A stretch of DNA of 33,742 nt from a bacterium (GTDB lineage Bacteria; RUG730): contig JAVBNQ010000005.1 in NCBI GenBank assembly GCA_031551405.1, positions 1 through 33,742 on the forward strand, written 5' to 3'. The notes beneath the pieces are model-generated. The model did not search any database, was not told the DNA's origin, and worked only from the letters and a program-made list of their open reading frames with translations. How positions within the stretch are numbered: the stretch's first letter is position 1; the number at the start of each line of letters is the position of its first letter. Positions 28,487 through 33,742 of this stretch are shown here, piece by piece. The position numbers were made by a program, and so were the translations under genes.

Positions 28487-29851
28487 TCAAATTTCAAATT
28501 TTATTGCTCTTTCAGCTGCGATTTTAAAAATCTCCCCGACAGTCGGATGAGAAAAATTTATTTTTGCAACTTGAAAAGCTGTAAGTTTTTGCGAAAATAT
28601 AAAACTCGACAAATTGCTAAACTCGCTCGAGATATTTCCAATTGAGCTAATGCCTAAAATTTGTTTTGTAATTTTTAAAAAATTTATGAGCAAAAAACCT
28701 TTTTGATTATTTTCAGCAACCGCTTTACCAACTTCTGCAAAATTCACTTTTACTTGCAAAACCTCCGAATTTCCGAACTTATTTTCAACTTCAGCTTTTG
28801 TGAAACCTGCTCGTGAAATCTCCGGATGCGTAAAAATTGCCGTCGGAATTAAGCTGTAATCGATTTCTATTTTTTCACCGCGCAATCTTCTTGCTAAATT
28901 CTCCGCGTCATAATAGCCTTTGTGAGCAAGCTGAGGCCCTTTTGCTATGTCTCCGATAATAAAAACGTTTTCCGTAAGCCCAAAATTCTCGACGCTGTCA
29001 ACTTTCAAATTCTCTGGCAAAATTCCGATATTTTCCAATCCAATATCCTCAAAATTTCGTTTTCTCCCAAGACACAAAATCCCCAAATCAAAAAGCATTT
29101 TCTCGTCGCCAAAACTTACCTCAAGTTTGTCTTCGTAATTTTGCAAATTTACATCAGTGTTCAAAAAAATCTTCACGCCTTTGCTTTTCAGCTCGAGCTC
29201 GATTTGCTGCGAAATTTCAGGTTCTTCAGACAAAAGTAAACGCTGCATTTTTTCAAAAATCGTTACATTTACACCTAGATCCGCAAGACTCGACGCATAT
29301 TCGCAACCAATAACTCCGCCGCCGATAAGCGCTACATTTTCCGGTAATTTTTCCAGCTCCCAAAACGTTTGACTCGTCTTCAAATTCGTAATATTTTGCC
29401 AAACACTTGGAACCATCGGCTCAGTGCCTATAGCAAGAACGATATTTTTGTATTCGATCTCCAATTTTTCTACGCTAGAATGTATAGAAATAGTGTTTTG
29501 ATTTTTTATTTTTGCCAGGCCTTTGAAAACAGGAATTTCGCTATTTTTAAGACTATTTTCCAAACCCTTTTTTAACTTTAAAACAACGTTTTTTTGAAAT
29601 TTTTTGAATTCAGAATAATCAAAACACACATCTCTAGCCGTTATGCCAAATCTCGACAGATGAGATATCTCAGAAAATTTATTGGCTGCAGAGACAAGCG
29701 CTTTTGTCGGTATACAGCCGGAACTAAGACAAACTCCGCCTATCTCGTTTTTTTCAATTATACACACCTTTTTGCCTAACTCTCGAAGTTTCAATGCCAC
29801 CTCAGAACCACTCGGCCCTCCACCGATTACAACAAAATCAAATTCCTGCAT
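28487..29851 (-). CDS. lpdA: Dihydrolipoyl dehydrogenase
   Basis: IGGGPSG, GGVCLSSGCIPTKAL redox disulfide, IGGGVIGCE, GDI..GPQLAH, HPTVGE. Confidence 0.88.
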   Translation of the reverse strand: MQEFDFVVIGGGPSGSEVALKLRELGKKVCIIEKNEIGGVCLSSGCIPTKALVSAANKFSEISHLSRFGITARDVCFDYSEFKKFQKNVVLKLKKGLENSLKNSEIPVFKGLAKIKNQNTISIHSSVEKLEIEYKNIVLAIGTEPMVPSVWQNITNLKTSQTFWELEKLPENVALIGGGVIGCEYASSLADLGVNVTIFEKMQRLLLSEEPEISQQIELELKSKGVKIFLNTDVNLQNYEDKLEVSFGDEKMLFDLGILCLGRKRNFEDIGLENIGILPENLKVDSVENFGLTENVFIIGDIAKGPQLAHKGYYDAENLARRLRGEKIEIDYSLIPTAIFTHPEISRAGFTKAEVENKFGNSEVLQVKVNFAEVGKAVAENNQKGFLLINFLKITKQILGISSIGNISSEFSNLSSFIFSQKLTAFQVAKINFSHPTVGEIFKIAAERAIKFEI

Positions 29852-29860
29852 ATTTCACCT

Positions 29861-30487
29861 CTAATTTTTACCAGACGCAACCTTAAAAATATCATCTTTT
29901 TTAATAACGCCTTCTCGCACAATTGCAATTTTTTCTTTACTAACATCCACTATTGTCGATGGAACAGTCTCATATTTTTCGCCATCGTCAACAATAAAAT
30001 CTACGTTTTTAAAAATAATTTTCAATTGATTTAAATTGTTTACAGAGTCAAAGCCAGATATATTTGCAGAAGTTATGAAAACTGGCTCATTCAAAGATTC
30101 TAAGATTTGAAGTAGAAGATTGTGGCGAGGAATACGGACAGCAACAGTTTCAATTTCCCAAGCATATTTTTGCTTGAACTCGTGCGAAGCTTCAAAAATC
30201 AAAGTCAAGGCTCCAGGGGAAAAATTTTGCATTAATTTTTTTGCTTCAATCGAAATATTTTTCGCAATTTTTGTTAAATCGTAATTACGTCCAACTTGAA
30301 CGACTAGGCTCTTGGCAAAAGATCGCTGTTTGATTTTATAGATTTTTTGTTTCACAGCTTGGCTCGCAGCAATGCCTATCAATCCATAAACTGTGTCGGT
30401 GGGAATAATTCCTATCTTTTCACTTTTTAAGTCGTAAATTATATCGGCTGGATTAAAAAACTCATCACTAGTAAAATATTCTTTCAA
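29861..30487 (-). CDS. tsaC: L-threonylcarbamoyladenylate synthase (TsaC/YrdC; no Sua5 C-terminal domain)
   Basis: PTDTVYGL, KIYKIKQR, PGALT, VAVRIP, TSANISG, PSTIVD, REG. Confidence 0.93.
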   Translation of the reverse strand: MKEYFTSDEFFNPADIIYDLKSEKIGIIPTDTVYGLIGIAASQAVKQKIYKIKQRSFAKSLVVQVGRNYDLTKIAKNISIEAKKLMQNFSPGALTLIFEASHEFKQKYAWEIETVAVRIPRHNLLLQILESLNEPVFITSANISGFDSVNNLNQLKIIFKNVDFIVDDGEKYETVPSTIVDVSKEKIAIVREGVIKKDDIFKVASGKN

Positions 30488-30509
30488 TTTATTTGACTTC
30501 TTGGAAATT

Positions 30510-32210
30510 CTATTTAACTAAAACTTCAAAAGCTCTCATCATATAATCCGCTAAAACCTGATCCTTGCTTAGATTCAAAAATTCCGCTTCATTGTTTATG
30601 TACAAAGCTTTTTGCCCTCGGATTATTAAATAAAAATCCCCATATGTAGTTTCTGAATCGATCACCAAAGAAGACAATCCTTCACCTAAATATTTCCCGA
30701 TAATAGTAGCAAAATCTAATGCAGCAAAATACGGCGTTTTTCCATCTTTTCCATTTGCAAAAATTGTAAATTTCAATTCATTATCTATGAAAATATTGCC
30801 AATTTCTCCAATTGCCGTAAAGCCTTGCGCAACTACAATACGTTCACCAACTTTTTGTTTTTCTGTTTTTTTCCATGAATTTATAAGAAGTATTTTTTTC
30901 AATCTATCAATTGTTTCAAATGCAAACATATCAGGATCTTTTGCTGTTAGAAGAATGTCAAAATCTATCGGTATCATTAAATCTCTTCCAATTTCTACAT
31001 ATGTAATTCCATCTCTAACACTTTTTCGAATATCTTCTTCTCTTAAGACTTGAAATTTCATAATTTTCGATAGATCCCTCGCCAGATTTAATGCTCTCGC
31101 ATAAGGTTCTTCATTGCCTAGTGTAGCATAAAATCTATAAACTAGCTTTCCATCAAACAATAAATCAACAACGTTTTCTCCGGCTCTATAAGATGATAGC
31201 CCTTGGACGATAGAAAACTTTGGATGTACCTTGTCATATTCATAAAATTCTAGTTTCGGCTCTAAATAAGACTTGATTTCTCCAAATCTCAAATAAAGAG
31301 ATAATTGATGTGTTCCTAAAGTATCCTGCAGTTCCAATGGAAGCGATAATGAATAATCTAGTCCTATATTTAAATTATCAAAAATATCTTTTTTAAATAA
31401 AGAAAAACCAAAAGACGCTTCGTAATTGGTCAAGCCTGTTCTAACTCCTATCATGTCAGAAAACCACCATTCTAAACCAAGAGATGACGTAAATTTATTG
31501 TTCTCATCTCCCCAAATCTGATCTCTATACGAAAAATCTACAGGAATTATAAGATTGTTATACTTAAATGCGGCTCCAACTTTATAATCAGCAGGAATTT
31601 CATCTTTATTTTTTAGGCCAATATCCGGCTTATTGACATTCATAGCACTAAAACCAAGAGAAAAATAATCATTTAAATCATAAAGTAATCCTAAATTTAC
31701 ACCAACCGCGCTCTTACTCGTCCCATCTTGGAAAACCGGATCCAATTTGTCTTCTATTTTCCCATTAATATTATACGAATGCTTTAAAAAAGACACCCCA
31801 AGTCCTAAATTTAATTTATATAGAACTTCTTTTCCATAGTGAACCCCGATTGAATCCTCATCATACAAATCATCACCATTAAATTTATAATAATTCAATC
31901 CAAAACTACCCATATCATGAGTAGGAATAATTACCGAAGCATAACTCGAAGTAATGTCAACTCCTCTCAAATCAGAATATAAGTCAGAATACATAAAATA
32001 AACATCATAAAATTTAATTTTCCCAAGGCCGGCTGGGTTATGAATCAAAGCTCCACTGTCATCTGATAAAGCTACGAAAGAATTTCCCATACCTCTAGCA
32101 CGCGTATTCAAAGTTCTATTATTTGAAAAAGCTGCAAAAACAAAATTTTGAAAAACAAAAATAAATAATACGAACGTATAAAAAATTCTTTTGAGTTTTG
32201 AATTTATCAT
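30510..32210 (-). CDS. PorV/PorP-like outer-membrane beta-barrel protein with a duplicated C-terminal domain
   Basis: Signal peptide, then TRARGMGNSFVALSDD......NPAGL (FadL/PorV-like N-terminus), amphipathic strands, and LGTHQLSLYLRFG barrel end; about 250 aa extension. Confidence 0.8.
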   Translation of the reverse strand: MINSKLKRIFYTFVLFIFVFQNFVFAAFSNNRTLNTRARGMGNSFVALSDDSGALIHNPAGLGKIKFYDVYFMYSDLYSDLRGVDITSSYASVIIPTHDMGSFGLNYYKFNGDDLYDEDSIGVHYGKEVLYKLNLGLGVSFLKHSYNINGKIEDKLDPVFQDGTSKSAVGVNLGLLYDLNDYFSLGFSAMNVNKPDIGLKNKDEIPADYKVGAAFKYNNLIIPVDFSYRDQIWGDENNKFTSSLGLEWWFSDMIGVRTGLTNYEASFGFSLFKKDIFDNLNIGLDYSLSLPLELQDTLGTHQLSLYLRFGEIKSYLEPKLEFYEYDKVHPKFSIVQGLSSYRAGENVVDLLFDGKLVYRFYATLGNEEPYARALNLARDLSKIMKFQVLREEDIRKSVRDGITYVEIGRDLMIPIDFDILLTAKDPDMFAFETIDRLKKILLINSWKKTEKQKVGERIVVAQGFTAIGEIGNIFIDNELKFTIFANGKDGKTPYFAALDFATIIGKYLGEGLSSLVIDSETTYGDFYLIIRGQKALYINNEAEFLNLSKDQVLADYMMRAFEVLVK

Positions 32211-32235
32211 AAATTTTCCCTTTTTAAAATTAATT

Positions 32236-33399
32236 TTATTTAGCAACAGCTAAAGTTCCATTAATATACTCATCTTTTCCATTTATAGCGACTTTAAACT
32301 GGTAAATATACAAACCTGATTCAACCACTCGTCCAGAACCATCTTTTCCATCCCACTCGTAAGGACGTTGGCTAATACTTCTAACTTTTCTTCCATTAAC
32401 ATCAAATATTTTTATCTCAGTGTTTACATTATCTAAGTTTATAAATTTAATTACGTCATTAAATCCATCGCCATTTGGAGTAATAATTCTGTATTTGGGC
32501 ATATACGCCGCTCTGTTCAAAATCGTATAAAACAATCCGTATGTAGAAAAATGTTTTAAAGACGTAGCGACTGTTTTTGCATTAAGATCTACTAGTCCTC
32601 CAATCAAGTCCCAATCAGCGCCATTCAAATAATAAACTCTAAGGTTCTTTACATCATTAAATCCGCTAGGTAACGAATCTTCTTTTCCATCATTATTTAC
32701 GTCGTTATACATTATTTTTAATTCAACAGGTTTGCTAAAAGCAAGCCCTGAAGGTAAAAACTCATAAACAAATGCTGCTTTTCTATCTTGATATGTAGGA
32801 GCTTGTTCAACTCGTTTTTGGTTAATTTCTATCGTAGTACCCATAGTTAAAGCGCCTCTTGGAAAAATAAGCTGGACAATAGGCATGTTATTTAATCCAT
32901 TTATTGAGACAGTACCTCCTTCGTAATCCACATATACGGAAGTATTTACTATAATAGGAACAGCTTGTGGATTATTTATATTTTTTCCCTGCCAATACGC
33001 CGTAAGATTGCTTACTGGGTCCAAAGCCTCGATATAATAATATAATGTTCCAGCTGAAGTGATGTTTTCTCCTCCGATGTCTCCATTTATCGCATACGTT
33101 TTATTACCAATATCTTCCACTGTCATCGTAACTTTATTCCAAACATTATTATTGATTTTGTAGTATAAAAAAACCTTTGGGATGATATAAGGAGCGATCA
33201 CAACACCTTGCAATTTTAGAGGGATGTTTAAGCCAAATATAGATTGTGGAGCACTGTGGTTTATAACAGGACTTTCGATAGTTCCCAAAATCGCGCTACA
33301 CGTAAAAGTCGTTTTATAATTCGTATAATTAGCTGCATAAAGAGAACTGCAGGCTAAAGCAAATATTAAAAAAACTAAATAAATCAAATTTTTTTTCAT
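32236..33399 (-). CDS. Exported protein with a ZU5-like region and a C-terminal CHU_C / T9SS type-B-like sorting domain
   Basis: GGTV...FPRGAL...YEFLPSGLAFSKPVEL...HFSTY; C-terminus ITPNGDGFND...IFDVNGRKVR...WDGKD..G..VESGLYIYQ. Confidence 0.85.
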   Translation of the reverse strand: MKKNLIYLVFLIFALACSSLYAANYTNYKTTFTCSAILGTIESPVINHSAPQSIFGLNIPLKLQGVVIAPYIIPKVFLYYKINNNVWNKVTMTVEDIGNKTYAINGDIGGENITSAGTLYYYIEALDPVSNLTAYWQGKNINNPQAVPIIVNTSVYVDYEGGTVSINGLNNMPIVQLIFPRGALTMGTTIEINQKRVEQAPTYQDRKAAFVYEFLPSGLAFSKPVELKIMYNDVNNDGKEDSLPSGFNDVKNLRVYYLNGADWDLIGGLVDLNAKTVATSLKHFSTYGLFYTILNRAAYMPKYRIITPNGDGFNDVIKFINLDNVNTEIKIFDVNGRKVRSISQRPYEWDGKDGSGRVVESGLYIYQFKVAINGKDEYINGTLAVAK

Positions 33400-33740
33400 A
33401 ATTTTACCTTTAATTCATTTTTTTTATTAAGAAACTTTATTTTATATTTTTTTTCAAAATTAAAAACCTGGTCTTTGATAACAAGCTTCATTTTTTTACC
33501 TGCTTTAAACTGATTAAGCACAACTGTTGCAAAAGTTCTAGCGTTGTTGGGCAAGACAGGCAAATCATCAAAAAATTTTATGACTTTGTCGCCATCAAAT
33601 AATTCCATTACTGGCCTAATATGAAAATCACTCTCATTAAAAATATCTACAGATAAAAACTGGCCTTTTTCATTTTCTACAATCTTAGGATTTCCAAGTT
33701 TTATTTTGATACGAGGCTTTAAAGGCGGCCTTACATAAAT
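33396..33740 (-). CDS. 3' part of a hypothetical protein with an Ig-like, possibly pilus-chaperone-like domain; extends beyond the right edge
   Basis: Frame is open upstream of the listed ATG at 33608: IYVRPPLKPRIKIKLGNPKIVENEKGQFLSVDIFNESDFHIRPVMELF...PVLPNNARTF; stop overlaps the next start codon. Confidence 0.7.
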   Translation of the reverse strand: MYVRPPLKPRIKIKLGNPKIVENEKGQFLSVDIFNESDFHIRPVMELFDGDKVIKFFDDLPVLPNNARTFATVVLNQFKAGKKMKLVIKDQVFNFEKKYKIKFLNKKNELKVKL

Positions 33741-33742
33741 TG

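Noticed and set aside
2375..31053. Numerous short antisense or alternate-frame ORFs in the track (e.g. 2439..2807, 12910..13356, 15389..15979, 22249..22611, 26599..26970)
   Set aside because: They lie inside well-supported genes, lack RBS and motifs, and are expected shadow ORFs

Overview
AT-rich chromosomal window from a diderm bacterium (MsbA, LPS-type glycosyltransferases, beta-barrel proteins). The gene content resembles Elusimicrobiota or a related lineage, but this is tentative. Bases 1-2254 are a decayed island at the 3' end of tRNA-His. It holds a deleted and frameshifted BcgI-like restriction-modification pair and a frameshifted XRE regulator apparently fused to an integrase tail that reads into the tRNA. 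A minus-strand housekeeping block follows (ribH, DJ-1/PfpI, rpe, ackA, GT2, MBL hydrolase, recA, ptsI-ptsH with a lone mannose-family EIID, a hypothetical exported protein, leuS, acpS). Next is a plus-strand envelope block (rseP, uppP, SemiSWEET, O-antigen-ligase/TPR, ArnT-like GT, ctpA, ybaB, recR). The final minus-strand block has a homopolymer-frameshifted membrane-anchored Cas4-like gene, a Bax inhibitor-1 protein, an ankyrin protein, a lipoprotein, msbA, lpdA, tsaC and a type-IX-secretion-like cassette. The most unusual non-coding feature is the 935-bp msbA-lpdA gap. It contains a long nested hairpin with a pseudoknot-capable stem, two opposite-strand copies of a TGT(A/T)TGAGC..GCGAGT motif and a bipartite direct repeat. 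All family calls are by eye from motifs; no searches were run.
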